From assembly GCF_006345805.1 (NCBI RefSeq), contig NC_042997.1:64046001-64110000 (forward strand): 64,000 bases of DNA. Reading direction: 5' to 3'. Shown one piece after another: positions 12,430 to 26,730 of the stretch (its first letter is position 1; every line of letters begins with the position of its first letter). The DNA comes from Octopus sinensis (taxonomy: Eukaryota). The notes below the pieces were generated by a model that saw nothing but the letters and a program-made list of their open reading frames with translations, did no database searches and was not told the origin of the DNA. Made by a program: the position numbers and the translations under genes.

Positions 12430-12680
12430 TGTAAAGACGGACAAAATACCACTAAGCATTTTGCCCGGTGTGCTAACAGTTCCGCCAGCTCACCATCTTA
12501 TATGACACACTGATATCGGTTTCAAATTTTGGCACAAAGCCAGCAATTTCGGGAAAGGGGCTAAGTTGATAACATCGAACCCAGTGCGGAACTGGTAGTT
12601 ATTTTATCGCCCCCGAAAGGGTGAACGGTAAAGTGTACCTCGGCGAAATTTTAACTCAACTTAAAGACAGACGAAAATCT
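12430..12680 (-). mobile_element. Two adjacent fragments of a tRNA-derived SINE (family B here)
   Basis: Head ggtgagctggc.gaa..gttagca at 12430-12499 and body cccgaaagg.tgaa.gg.aaag at 12515-12680; homologous to 20968-21180. Confidence 0.75.
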
Positions 12681-12713
12681 CCTATGCCTATATACATATA
12701 CACACACTGATAT

Positions 12714-12790
<77 letters not shown>

Positions 12791-13712
12791 ACATATGTGT
12801 GTATGTATGTATATATTTATATATATATATGTGTATGTATATATATATATATATTTCAACTTGAACCTTTAAAACTTACACATTTTTTCTCTCCGTTTTC
12901 GTTCGTCCTCTCTCCTTTTTTGCCTCTCGAAGAGCGTAGGCTAGAAACGTCAAAGACGCTTCCATTCTTCCTGAGCGTGAAGTTAATACACCAGCTTGTT
13001 TTTCCCTGACCTGTCTTTGTCTTTCGTTTCATATACACGTGTGTGTATATATATATGCATATCTAGGTATGTAGGTATAAACATATACATATCCACATAC
13101 ACACATATATGCGTACATACACATGTTTCTCTACATGTAAACATATTGCAAATACAAACATTCTTCCGAAGAAATAAAAGCCAATACGTCAAAGGAGCAG
13201 GAAGATAATAATGTACCGATGATAACCAAGATATGTCCGAGGCAAAAAAGACAGCGATTCGTATTATATTCTCACAAAATAACAGATAAAATGTGTTTTG
13301 AAATTACATTTCCAAAACATATTCAGACACTGGCTAAAGCATAATAGGATTTAAAGAAAAATAGAAATTTGTATCAGTCATGGTTTGCTATAAGAAGTTG
13401 AAAAAAAGGAAGCAGTAATATCACCAGATGAAGTTGTGTATGCATAAAATGGATGTCCGAATCTACAGGAGAACTATATTTTTCTGTTGTTGTTGATGTG
13501 ACTGTTGATAGTGATGTCACTATGTCCTTGTTATTGCTTAAATTAGGGCGTTCCAGTGTAAGCAGTGCTCTAATCAAACAAACGTTATGTCATAAACATA
13601 TCTCACTCATAAACATAATTCACTTACACGGACACATGTTCATATAAAACACACGCATATATAAGAAGCTACGTAAACAGACATCAGGCAGACATGTACA
13701 CACATACATGGT

Positions 13713-13758
<46 letters not shown>

Positions 13759-13851
13759 ATATTACAATAGTTCCGGTATGTAGATTATAGGTGTACCTTG
13801 ATTTAAGGATGAATATTTAAATCATTTTGTTTTAGTGTCTAGGTGAGCATG

Positions 13852-15125
13852 TACGAGGATTGACTGAAAAGTTCGTGAGCTGATTATGGAGTCCTCATGC
13901 TCGAGTTGTGGAATTTTGCATGCGTTAAATTCACCTTCTCGTATTAATAACTCCATTATTCCTCTCTAGATATTCCGACACCTGACTCTCCAAAGAAGGC
14001 TTCAAATATTACTAGTAGCAACTTCTCTTGGAAATGGACAAAATTTGGCATCGTGGTGTTATCAATTACCTACCGAAAAAGTTGAAAAAGCATTTAGCTC
14101 ACAAAACATAAACTGATATGTTTGCTAAATTAGATGACTCTACCGCTTTAACAATAGTACAAAGTGGGCAGCTGAATGCAAGAGCGGAAATAAATCTTGA
14201 AGATGACCGAAGGTATGGCCATCCTGCAACGCCACAACAAAGGAAAATGTTCGCCACAGGCAACTGAATATAAATCAAATAGCCAATACTATTAGCATAT
14301 CTCGTCAGAGAGATAAGAATAGTAAATGAATTTGCCAATCTCTCCTCGGTGGGCGCCATGACTTCTGGTACCTGATCAAGAGTGCTTCAGTATAGCTATA
14401 TCATAGGAAAATGTGATATTGTTTGAGGTAGATAGTGCTGATTTTCTGATTTTCTTAAACGTTTTCTAACCCAGGATGACTGCTGGTTTCATCACTTTGA
14501 GCTAGATAGAATACATTTTTTTTATTAGTGGCAATGCCTTCCTTCACCTGCTCTAAAGAAAAGCCCAGATAGTTTCATTTGAAGAGAAGGTGATGGCCTG
14601 AGTCCTTTGGGATGCAAGGTGTATTATGTTTATCTTCAAAAGGGTCAACTTCATCAATAGGTAGTACGATGCTAAATTGCTAAAGCAGGTAGGAAATGCT
14701 ATCATAACTAAGCCCTCATGAAAACCAACGAAAGTGGTCTTGTTTCATCAGGACAATGCACCAACACACAAGACTTTGGTTTGAATGCCTGATGTGCGTG
14801 ACTGTGACTTTGAACTAGTTGATCACCCTCCCTGTTCTCCTGATGTTGATTCATCTGACTATCATTTGTTCCCCAACATGCAAAGAAACAAAAGCAAAAA
14901 CACTTGGCTGGGAATTAGTAACGTTGTGATGATGACTAAATATTTGCTCTTCATTACTGTTTTTACTAATAGGATGAACGCTTCGTCACCAATTGGATTC
15001 AAGCACTGCAACACTGATTGATGAAGTGTGTGGATTGCAAAGGTGACTATGATGAAAAATAAAACTCATTTAGTCACATTCCATTAGAGTATCTTGGTCA
15101 GCGCCTATAAACTTTTAATCCAAGC
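13852..15125 (+). mobile_element. Decayed mariner DNA transposon
   Basis: TIR-like start tacgagg.ttgactgaaaagttc and degenerate end. Broken transposase motifs LFHQDNAPTH, HPPCSPDVDSSDYHLFP and a WVP-like remnant. Confidence 0.85.
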
Positions 15126-15175
15126 CAACACATCTATGTATACATACCTACTGCTCTCTCTACCCTTCTCTAATC

Positions 15176-15690
15176 ATCGGGCAAACGGGACACCTTTTGG
15201 CTGACCGGTTCGTGGAATAGCTCCGAGATATCCGACTCGGCAATGACAACCCGGCCTCACGTGATTTCCGCTCCACCGGTCACTGTTTGCAACACCTGTC
15301 TGTGTTCGGATTGTTCTTGCACAGGGGCCATCCGGACTCCCGTCTTCGCCGTGAACAGGGATTAATATTCTCTCTTCGCTCTTTTGCGCCACATGGGCTC
15401 AACTCTCCTACCCTCTTCATCTAACCCTCCTCAAATCTCCTGTCTTCCTCTCACACCTATTTCTTCCCACCAACCTCTCCTCTCTTGTTCCCGACTTCTA
15501 CTTCTCTTCACTCCAATCACCTTCTCCCTTCCCCACTCCCTTCATCGTCACGCCCCCTTCGTAACCCCGGCCCTACACAATCCAACCCCACCTTCCCTAT
15601 CCATCCCATTCCACCTCGTCCATCCCTTAAACCTACTCCCACCTACCCCACGTCTACCCCCACACTCAGCCTAACCCGCGCGTGGAATAG
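15176..15690 (+). mobile_element. Penelope-like element 3' fragment (GIY-YIG EN, second family) with C/T-rich 3' region
   Basis: 15176-15404 translates to IGQTGHLLADRFVE*LRDIRLGNDNPASRDFRSTGH...RLRREQGLIFSLRSFAPHGLN. Confidence 0.8.
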
Positions 15691-15706
15691 ATAAAACAGG
15701 TATATA

Positions 15707-15871
15707 TATAGTATTTTAACGTGTATAAAGAACCCATTTTCGTCGAAATTTAAATTAAAAATATGTGTTTCTTATACAAAGATAGTCTTATAATCCCTTA
15801 CAAAACCTTTTTTTTCCAAACTTTAAGCCCCCCCAAATTAGAGGTTTCCTTATACACGTTAAAGTACGGTA
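15707..15871. mobile_element. Tc1/mariner-superfamily MITE
   Basis: About 28-bp TIRs, ta.gta.tttaacgtgtataa.gaa.cc / ggtttccttatacacgttaaagtacggta, in TA context. Confidence 0.7.
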
Positions 15872-16505
15872 TATATATATATATATATATATATATACAA
15901 CACATGCATTAATTTACACAAAAACTCTTATTCTAACACTCTCAAACACATATTAAAATGTCATTAATTTTGGATTATTAATTTTTTTAGCTATAAACGG
16001 AGTGGAAAGTATTTCATTCAGAAAAGGCTTTAAATCACGCATTGTTGAATATTCTGGAATAATTAAGTGCGTCATTTAAGAATTCTAGCCTGTTTGTACA
16101 TCTTTCAATCGTTTTAGTACACATTATATAATTCAAAATTGCTTAAAGTTTAGAGTTTGATAGATATATACATCCACTCATGCATGCACGGCGCCACATT
16201 TGGTGTGATAATTTCTTTTCCTATTCACTATTATAATTTTCTGCAAAATCTGCTTTACGTTTTTTACCTGTCCATACTGTAAGACAAATAACAATATAAT
16301 ATCTCGACAATGAAATGTCAACAGTATGAAGTATATTAGAATACACACGCACTCACAAATATGTATATATCGATATATAATTGCATACATATACCTTTAT
16401 GTATATATATATATAAAGTTGAAATGTATAGAAAGACAAAAGACGAACGAAGACAGCTGTATGAAGAACAAGCAAGTGCATCAGTTTGACGCTCGGGAAA
16501 AATGA

Positions 16506-17359
16506 TACGCGTTCAAAAATTTCAGAAGTATCCGACCTTGTTTTTTCCCGCCAAAAGTAATACTGCATGGGCAAAGTTCTTCGAGTGGGAGCTGATGTCA
16601 ACTTATCTGCGAGTGAGTGAACATTTTCGCGCCGGTCGATAGTGGCACTTCTCATCGAACTTTTGATTTCACGGGAGATGCCCTAACACATCAAGTAGAG
16701 ACCATGAACACATATCTCATCATAAGCGATAACAGTCTTCATGAAGTCTGGGTCGTGGTTTGCACGGTGCAGCATGTCCTTGGGGGCAAATTTCACCGAC
16801 ACAGTGCCTGCACAAATCCTCCGTTAAAATAGAATGTACTGATCCTGTGCTTATTAACACTTCGTAAGTAATTTTCTGGATTGTTTCATGAAGGTATTTC
16901 ATGACAATTTGCCGAAACCTCTCACCCGTTTCCTCGTTTCGGCTTGTGAATGGCCTCCATGAGCGTGCCTTGCTCTCCAATATAGTGCGGCCAAGTTAGA
17001 AGCGGTAGCACTACTCCTTGATCTGAATTTTGAACATGGCCTCATCGTCAAAGACCTGCTGAATTTTCTTGATGTTCGAGTATCACCACTCTGTAGGTAG
17101 AACTTGATGCAATGTCTCAGACCGATGCGTTCGGTCATCTTTCGAAAATTCCGAAAAAGACAAAAATCCGAGTGGCGTGCACTACACATCTGCACTCCGG
17201 GAATAACAACTGAGAACTGAGGCGGCCTACCGGCGTCAAAATTTTCATGCATTAGCAGAAAGGCTGGCGATATCTTTTACCCAAAGAAATTTAACTAGGT
17301 GACACTAGTTTTGGTTGGGAAAGAAATAAAGTCGGATAATCCTTTGAACGCACCTCGTA
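16506..17359 (-). mobile_element. Internally deleted mariner element
   Basis: Right TIR gtcggataatcctttgaacgcacctcgta has a degenerate partner at 16506-16550. Minus peptides MTERIGLRHCIKF and LISTGSVHSILTEDL resemble a mariner HTH region. Confidence 0.75.
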
Positions 17360-20300
17360 TACACATGTGTGTCTCTGTGTGCGATTGTGCATAAGTATTA
17401 ATATGTGTATGTGCCTCAAAAAATGTTCAGACGTAAATGTATAAGATGGAGAGTGTATACGTCTGTATGTGCGTGGATGTATATTTGGAAGGGCTGATTT
17501 TTATGCATACACTGAGTGAATGAACATATTTTGTGAATATGGGTGCAGGCAAATAAATCTATTTCTGTGTGATAAACCTTTATAACTAACTAGCAACTGT
17601 GACGATACATGGACAATTAAAATTAAGTTGTACGCGTGGATTGGCAGACATGTTGGTATTCCTACTGGGCTAATTGGGTGACCACAATTCTTTTCAAGAA
17701 AAACATTTACAGACGAAAGAGAAAACGAATGCATCTAGTCTGTACGCTGACATCTCAGAGTGTTAATCTATCTTCATAGAAAGTGAAACATACAATAAAA
17801 TAGATTAAAAAATAGAAATTTAGGTTTGTTGAATTTACACTTAAACTTCCGATGTTTTATTTCTATTGGCTAATTTTGTTCTATTTGGTTTTTAATTCCG
17901 ATGTTTAAAAATGTTTAATGCCATTACACTATTTGGTATTTTACTGACATGTATATTTGAATCTATTTGTTACTCAGTATAGAAGAAATGCTAAAAAGAG
18001 TGTATGGTAAACAATGGGAAATAGGACGTGATCCAGCAGTGCTCTCAAAAGCTCATGAGGTGCGGATACACTGTAGCTGCAGAGTCATATTTATTAATAT
18101 AGTATTTATGCGATAGTATATTACATGGAAAACTCAGCAACTAACACTTCCTACCAACGCACAGAAATAATATTCTGATTAGTGATTAACGCCTGTTCAT
18201 TTCAGCTTCTTGTTTTGTAAATCACACACACACACACACACAATATCATATATATATACAATATCTTTGTTATTAAAACACAAAATTTGGTATCATCTAT
18301 TTCTCGTGAAGTATCTTTCTAGCAAGTGTCGAATAATGAGATACATTTCCCACTGTGGTTAGCCAGCAGTAACTGTACATATAATTCTATTTTATCTCCA
18401 GTAAGCGAATGATTATGATTTCTTAGTTCAATTTTTTTCATCAGATTGTGTAACAGTTTTTTTTTAGGTGTACTGTTTCCTTGTTTTTATTTTCTGTTAT
18501 AATGGCAACGTACATAACATTTCATCTTGAGAAAATTTATTTTCTCACAATTTACAGAGATAATGTTCGAGTTTTATATGACTTGCTGCTTTATCATATT
18601 TGTGAAATATGTTCTGAATTTATTTGTATATATTAGCAATTATACACTATAGTGTTTTGAATCATTTGCTTTTTCGTTTCGACAATTGAAGAAAATACAT
18701 TAGTTTTATATTACCCGTTAATCACTTTGTTAAATTGTGCAAGGCAGAGAAAACTTACATATAATGTTTATTTGTATGCATATTTATAAAATATAACATA
18801 CGACGTAAGAATGTATTATCTTGGTATTTCAAAAATATATGCGCATTTTGCTTTATAAGAGTTAGGAATTAAGTGTTGTTGTATAGAAATTTATCTTCTA
18901 TATATTGGACGCCATTGGGATGAAATAAAAATCACTTTCTGCATATCCACTGCAAAAATACAGGACCACACAGATGAACATGTACGTTTCTTAGTATTCA
19001 TTGTAAAAAATGGAAAATGCGAAATAAACTAACATAAGGAGAGCCAAAATGATAATGATGTGTTAAAGGTAAGGATTGCCAAGTATATTTCGTTGTGAAC
19101 CACGAGAAATATTACCGGTAACCCCCCCCCCCCACCAATAAAAATGTCCTTGAAAATATATGAGATTCCTAAAGGCAAAAAAATGTGTTTTGTACCATAA
19201 GATTCTACTAAAATTCGCTGTCACTAAATAATTAAAATATGCATCTTGGATGTCAGGTGTTGTTGCAAATCCATCAAGCTACAATTGTTTGTGTTTGATT
19301 AGACTTTTGTTTTCTAGTTATTTTATCTCTTTGCTTATTTGAATATACGTCTATATACCCATGTCATTTTTGCATCTGTACGTGCGTCTTAGAAGCTTTT
19401 GTTTATTTGTGTTATTCCGCACGTCTTTCCCTGTATTTGTTATGTATATGTCTAGACTATATTTTGCAACGAAATGCAGATGACGAAAACGTTATATCTC
19501 CATAGTCACTTATTTACAAATAGTGACACCTTTTTTTACACTTATAAGAAAGATAATGAGATACGATGAATATACCCTGTGGTCATGGAAAAGAATGTAG
19601 AAAGAAACAAACTGGTAAATAAATATAATTTTAAAGATTGGGGAAATACAGAATGGATCCGTATATATGTGGACTCAATCAGTAAGAAAGTAAGGTAAAA
19701 TAATATATATATGATAATAATGATATCAACAATGATACAATAATAAAATCTATAAGTAAAATTTGGAAGAAGATTTAGCAAATTTATAAGATTAGAGATA
19801 TTAATAAAGAAACGAATTCGTATATATATTCATATGCATAGATATCTATTTGCAACTATATAACGATATTGCTGTCTCTATTGACTTCTAAGAATTTAAT
19901 TCACAAAGCAACAATCGGTGAAACGTTAGACTATAAAGCACTGCATCATAATACCTCTGAGACGGAGCGATCCTCGTGTTTGCATCGCCAAATCTTTAAT
20001 TACATGGTCATACCAGTACAAACGGTAAATTCTTCATATTATTCGTTTCAATTGTCAAATAATCACATAATTGCAATCTATCTAGGATTTAACTGAGTAT
20101 TTTATTTATGTATTTAGTAAAAACAAAACATTTTTTGATTGATAGCAATATTTATAATAACAGCGGAGTATATTGATATGAGAGGGCCCAGTATAAAGAA
20201 AAGGACATAACCATAGACAAAAGAAAAAATCAAAACAAAACAAAACATTACAGAAATAAAACAAATCGGGAAAAGGTATAAGTGTAGGTTATAGCTTTGT

Positions 20301-20479
20301 TTAATGCAAAATATGATACAACTATAAACTTAAATAAGCATTTGGTGATGACGTTAATTTAAAGCGAAGGTAAAGATGAGATACAAATCAAAATATCTGT
20401 AACTCAAGCGTTAGAATAAAAGAAAATACGTTAAAATATTAAGTATAACTACTAATGCACATGTTATTCCTTATACTCT

Positions 20480-20892
20480 TTACTCTTTTTACTCTTTTGC
20501 TTGTTTCAGTCATTTGACTACGGCCATGCTGGAGCACCGCCTTTAGTCGAGCAACTCGACCCCGAGACTTATTCTTTGTAAGTCCAGTACTTATTCTATC
20601 GGTCTCTTTTGCCGAACCGCTAAGTGACGGGGACGTAAACACACTAGCATCGGTTGTCAAGCAATGCTAAGGGGACAAACACAGACACACAAACACACAC
20701 ACATATATATATATATATACATATATACGACAGGCTTTCTTCAGTTTCCGTCTACCAAATCCACTCACAAGGCATTGGTCGGCCCGGGTCTATAGCAGAA
20801 GACATTTGCCCAAGATGCCACGCAGTGGGACTGAACCCGGAACCATGTGGTTGGTTAGCATGCTACTTACCACACAGCCACTCCTACGCCTA
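20480..20892 (-). mobile_element. tRNA-derived SINE (family A) with internal (TA)/(CA) tract
   Basis: Head taggcgtaggagtggctgtgtggtaag...gggttcagtccc has A and B boxes; the 3' part ends in aaagagt repeats. Confidence 0.8.
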
Positions 20893-20967
20893 TATGGTAA
20901 TTATATGAATAATATACAGAACACTCCTAGCCTTATGGTAATTATATGAATAATATACAGAACAAAT

Positions 20968-21180
20968 TTAGGGCGGTGAGCTGGCAGAATCGTTAGCATA
21001 CCGGACGCAATGTTTAGCGGCATTTCGTCTGCCGTTACGTTCTGAGTTCAAATTCCGCCGCATTCGACTTTGCCATTCATCCTTTTGGGGTCGATTGAAT
21101 AAGTAGCAGTTACGCATTGGAGTCGATGTTATCGATTTAATCCCTTTGTTGGTCCTCGCTTTGATTAGCCCCCTGTGGGC
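20968..21180 (+). mobile_element. tRNA-derived SINE (family B)
   Basis: ggcggtgagctggcagaatcg (A box) ... gagttcaaattcc (B box); further copies at 12430-12680, 28651-28866 and 37950-38165. Confidence 0.8.
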
Positions 21181-22354
21181 AATATAGAATTAAATATACG
21201 TAACAAAATTGATATCTCAAAGAGAATTATTTTTTCCCCCTTATGTATTATTTGAGATTTATAGAAATGCAATGAAGTGCTACCACACTCTGTATAGGAG
21301 ATATAAGCTTTCTGTTTCCGCGAAACGATTGCAAACATTTGAAAATGAGACAAAATGAAGGGAACTTCCATATTCTTACAACATGCCGTACACAGAGACT
21401 TTGTAAAGAATGTTGAGGAAGAATATATTTTCCGTTGTGCAAGTCTCACGATGATAAGATATATTACAGTAACAACTATTTTCATAAGAACTCTCACAAA
21501 TATAAAAGTAAGAAGGAATGGTGTAACAAAATGCTTTTCTAAGGGCAATCTATACCTATCATAACTCAAGTGGTACAATAAAAATAAAAGTAACTAAGTT
21601 CATTTGTCATATACATATTAGCAGATATATGCGCTTCTATGCTGGTAAGAATATATGAAACAAAGCCAATAAATATATACCAAGCAAACTCCATAACATA
21701 TCAGCTCCCATGTTTGTCATATATATATAAACTGAAATATGAAGTTAATATAAGTAAAATAAATTAAAAAAAAATTATGTATTTGAAAATGTATACCCCT
21801 TATGAAGGTCATAGGTTTAGTTGGTTACAAAATGTTCCGAAGGAAATCAACGAAATATAGACGAAGCAAGCGGTTTCGAAAAGGGAAAATATACAGACGA
21901 TCAAAGTGGAAGAATGTGTTTGTAGGCTATACTTATATATAACAACATCATTTTCCTATTTTTGAAGAATGTTTCCCATGTGACTTCGTTATCATTTCCC
22001 TTTCTTTTATTTTTTTTCAAATTGCTCTCTGCCTTTCATACTAAGTGTGTTATTCCCTTATCTTTATACAATTACAGACAATTGCATTAAATTATATATT
22101 TAAAGATATGAATGTATTTCAGTTAAGTGCACTTGAATTTTTATATATATCACACATACACGCACACTCACACACATATACATAGAAAGAGAGAGAGAGA
22201 AAATCTCAATACAACTTTATAGACACACACACACATACACACACACACACACACATATATATATACATATATATACACACACACACATAATACACATATG
22301 TGTGTTTGTGTGAATTGTTGAGAAATTTGTAATTTATATTCATACATATACAAA

Positions 22355-22665
<311 letters not shown>

Positions 22666-23019
22666 GCGCATGCACACACACACATAAACACGCACATAAA
22701 TGAATATACGTACAATTTATAAAAATTATATATAAAGCTCAGTATGAGTGCACTAGAGTTTGTCTGTGTGTTTTGATTAATCATATCCTGAATCTCATTA
22801 GTATAAAATTCCCATTTTAAACCTTAGACTGCAAGTTTCTTTTTTAATTTTATCAACAATATCATAATCAAATATTTCATCTTAACCGTTTTAAAAACTG
22901 TTTGGGTAAGGTATATTTTTAATACCTTTATTATTGCAATAATATATAATACATTGCAATTTTTATCTAATTCAATTCATTCTTAGCGGTTTTGTTTTCT
23001 AATATCAATATATTATATT

Positions 23020-23055
<36 letters not shown>

Positions 23056-23646
23056 ATATTATATATATATATATATATATATTATATTATATATAATATA
23101 ATATATATTATATTTATATATAATATATAATATATAATATATATATATTATATATAATATATATATATATATATTATATAAACCGTCATTTGTAGTTTTG
23201 TTTTTCAAATGTTTACTTTAAGGCTAGTTGGTGCACCTTATAAACTGTCATGCTAATGCACTTTTAGAAAAGTTAGGTGCATCTTCTCTTACCGCTAGCG
23301 TATCATTAATAATTCCTTTCTTATACGATGGATTTCGTAACATAATTTCCATCGTTTAGTCACTCCTTTCCCGTTCTATTCTCAAATTATTTTCCACTAT
23401 CTATCCTTATCTACACACATATACTTATGCATTTCGGCATTATACCTTAACATATGTTAGATATTATGACTCTCTTTCTCTTTCACTTCCTTTCTCTCTC
23501 TACCCTCTCTATCTCTGAACATTATTACACAGCACGCTACAAAGGTTTATTCGAGTATTGTAACAGCGTCACATTTAAAACATGCATATGTTAAAGATAT
23601 TTATCTCTCACTAGATTGGGTTGATTCCAAAAATAAGGAAAGAGTA

Positions 23647-23693
<47 letters not shown>

Positions 23694-23879
23694 ATATATT
23701 ATATATATATATAATATATAATATATATATATATATATATAATATATATATACATATACACATACATATATACATACATATATGTATATATATTCATTTA
23801 GTCTTTTCGCAGTGCTCCAAGATGTTTCTCCCATGTATATCATGTTCATGTCTTTACAAGCACCTGCTATGCATCTTAT

Positions 23880-25490
23880 ACTGTAGACTACATTTCTAGG
23901 TCTTCATTTTATACCAGGGCTACCCCTACATACCATGCAGTTATCATTGGTGGATATGGTATTCTCAAAGAGGTATGTCCTACATAGTTGTGACCTGATA
24001 CATTCCCTGGCTTTTCAACAATCTTAACGTTGTGTTTGGTCTCCTTCAGAGCTATCATAAACCTAAGGCCTAATTCTCCATGGGCTGTGGCCTCTACAAA
24101 CACCACTCCTCGATATTTGCGGGTTTATACCACGTGTTCACTCTGCTTGCTTTGTCACAAGCTCTTTGTATCCTATTCCAGCCTTTGCTTCTATATCTAG
24201 GACAGAGTACTGGCTTCATTTCATATAATGTTATCTAACTTCTTACTAGCATCCCTGTATACCCTTTCTGATCATATCCAGAGAATTACATGCAGTGCAT
24301 GATGTTTTGTACATGTTTCCTCGCTTCGTAGGCTTTGCATAGCGGGGACACATTGTTCATTACCCTAACTAAGTCTGCTATCAATATGTTATTTCTTATG
24401 TTGTGTGACAAAGCTGGGTTCTTGCGAACAACATATTTCGAAGCTATGGGTTTCATGTAAGTGTAGAGCTGCACTCTGTTTTTCACAGTCTCTAACCAAA
24501 GTTCAGTATCAAGGACGGGGTGTCTACAGTTGGGTTGCCTAGTGGAATAATCTATAGTTACGTTGTTACATTGTTGGATGGAGTTAGCGACTTGATGAAA
24601 GCTCTCTATTATGTTCCTCCTAGTTTCTATATTACCGTTACTAGAGTTGGTCTTAACTATACTATTAACGTCATCTACATACCTACTGTAAAGTAGAAGA
24701 GTTGTGGACTATTCTGCTAAGGATTGTTTGTGACCAAGCAAATAGTGTTAACACGTGGAATAAAATCGACAAATAAAACCCATGGAGAACTAACCCGTAG
24801 ATTTATGAAAGCTCTGAAGGAGACCAAGCTCAACATTAAAATTGTTGAAAAGCCAGAGAGATCCATCAGGCCACAACTGTGTAGGACGTCCCCCTTTGAG
24901 AACACTATATGCACCAATTATAACTGCATGGTATGAAGGATTAGCCCTTGCATTAGAACTAGAAATGTAATTTACGACTGTTCTGCTAAGGATTACTTAA
25001 GTTTTCTTTCCCACCAGGTCATGAAGCGGTTGGCCACATCTTCAGCTACACCGACACCAATGGTTACACATTAAACTTGCATGCATAGTTTCTTGTTAAA
25101 CTTTACTATGTGGTTCTTCAAGGTGGTTCTTATACTAGCCGCTATTGCATGTGCAATCATTCCATTCACCTGATTGTTGTCCTCAGTATCTTGGGTGGGT
25201 ACGGTCCAGTTACTCCAGTGATCTGCAGTGCTTTTCATCACTGTTGAGGTGATGGTCGGTGGTCTTCCCCTCGGTGACCTGGTGGGGCAGAATTTACTGG
25301 GGTCAGATAACATTACAAGTAATGAAACCAGTGGTACCTACCCTAGATATAGAGGTAAAGACTGGAATATAACACAAAGAGTGTGTGACAAAACAAACAT
25401 TATCAACACGTGGTACATAACCGGCAAATATCAAGGAATGATGTTTGTAGAGGCCACAGCTTATGCAAAAGAGAGAATATGACGAAAAAA
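23880..25490 (-). mobile_element. Decayed Penelope-like RT/thumb region with two inverted fragments of the same family
   Basis: Minus-strand motifs: AIAASIRTTLKNH...QV..VTIGVGVAEDVANRFMTWW, LLYSRYVDD (24670-24681), PVLDTELW, YMKPIAS, FVEATAHGELG and IVEKP. Plus-strand homologous pieces at 24726-24975 and 25316-25490. Confidence 0.8.
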
Positions 25491-26185
25491 AAAACAGTCC
25501 TCCATACTCTACCAACATGTCAAGGACCAACATGGAGGCAAACTGGGTCAACATAACATCCGCATTTTATCCAAGCATCTAAAGGGCCCACTACTCAGAC
25601 GAAAACAGGGGCACGTCTTCATAAATGAAACATCCCCAGTATTAAAAAAGGAGATAAACGTAGTAGTTAATATACGTAGTAGATAGTTTATATATATATA
25701 TACAGGTAGGATAGTTAGTGGGCTGTAATGCAGATAGATGTATCTATGTGTGTGTGTATGTGCATATGTATATGCACATGTATGTAGGCATATGTATATG
25801 AAAGTAAACAGATAGACATAGAGGCGGATATGTACATAGATTATATGAAGAGACAAGCACACATACACACATATATACAAATGAAGACTGAAACACATGA
25901 CTTTATACACACACACACAGATATAAAAACTCGTAAACACGAACACGTAAACACACAAACACAGGAACCTGCAGAATATATACATACAAACGTACACGCA
26001 TACATACATTTATATACATACGCAAAAACACATAAATACATGCGTACACACACTTGCATGCATACACATGGTAATTTTAGAAACATAAGTAAATGAGTGG
26101 AAATTTTACCGGTGAGTGTGTTAAATGAAAACGCAGCAAAAGAGAATGACTCTCCTCAGACACAATAATATATATATATATATGT

Positions 26186-26530
26186 AGTAATAAAGGGTAA
26201 AATTAATTAATTAATTAATAATTAATAATTTTACCAAATAGTTCGGTATGTTAAACGAACCGTTATCGGTAAACTTAAACAAACATTTTATAATTATAAG
26301 TATAATTATAATTAGGGTTCAGCAAAAATTTGCTTCATAACATACCGAAATTTAGAAATAGCAGTTAAAACTAACTATTTCACTACCATAAGAAAATTTC
26401 CCAGACAGCTGTCTAGGAGATTTTCTTATGGTAGTGAAATAGTTACATTTAACAGCTATTTCTAAATTTCGGTATGCGGTGAAGCAAACTTTTGCTGAAC
26501 CCTAATTATAATTATACTCTTAATTATAAA

Positions 26531-26532
<2 letters not shown>
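26186..26532 (-). mobile_element. (TA)n-flanked foldback element containing a ~247-bp spacerless palindrome
   Basis: 26286-26409 is the reverse complement of 26410-26532, centred on gacag|ctgtc. Homologous to 1091-1909. Confidence 0.75.
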
Positions 26533-26569
<37 letters not shown>

Positions 26570-26572
<3 letters not shown>

Positions 26573-26730
26573 GACGGGCTTCATTCAATTTCTGTTGGCC
26601 AAATTCACTTATAAGGATTGGGTCCGTCCAAGGCTCTAGTAAAACACGATTTCCTGAAGTCTCACGCAGTGTAACTAATCCCAGATACATGTCATTTCGA
26701 GGAAATGACAGCGTCGCCTGCACACAAACA
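26570..26730 (-). mobile_element. SINE family A fragment
   Basis: acgacgggct...aattcact..taagg.ttgg.tccg is homologous to 20725-20892; other degraded pieces at 38865-39040 and 53990-54150. Confidence 0.65.

Noticed and set aside
13374-13577. S/T-rich minus ORF as a cytoplasmic loop exon
   Set aside because: No diagnostic motif and weak splice signals.
16268-16276. 9-nt micro-exon candidate (tcttacag|TATGGACAG|gtaaaa) on minus
   Set aside because: Inclusion after ATT G would break the conserved PLIG-M3 junction, and such short AG/GT pairs are common by chance.
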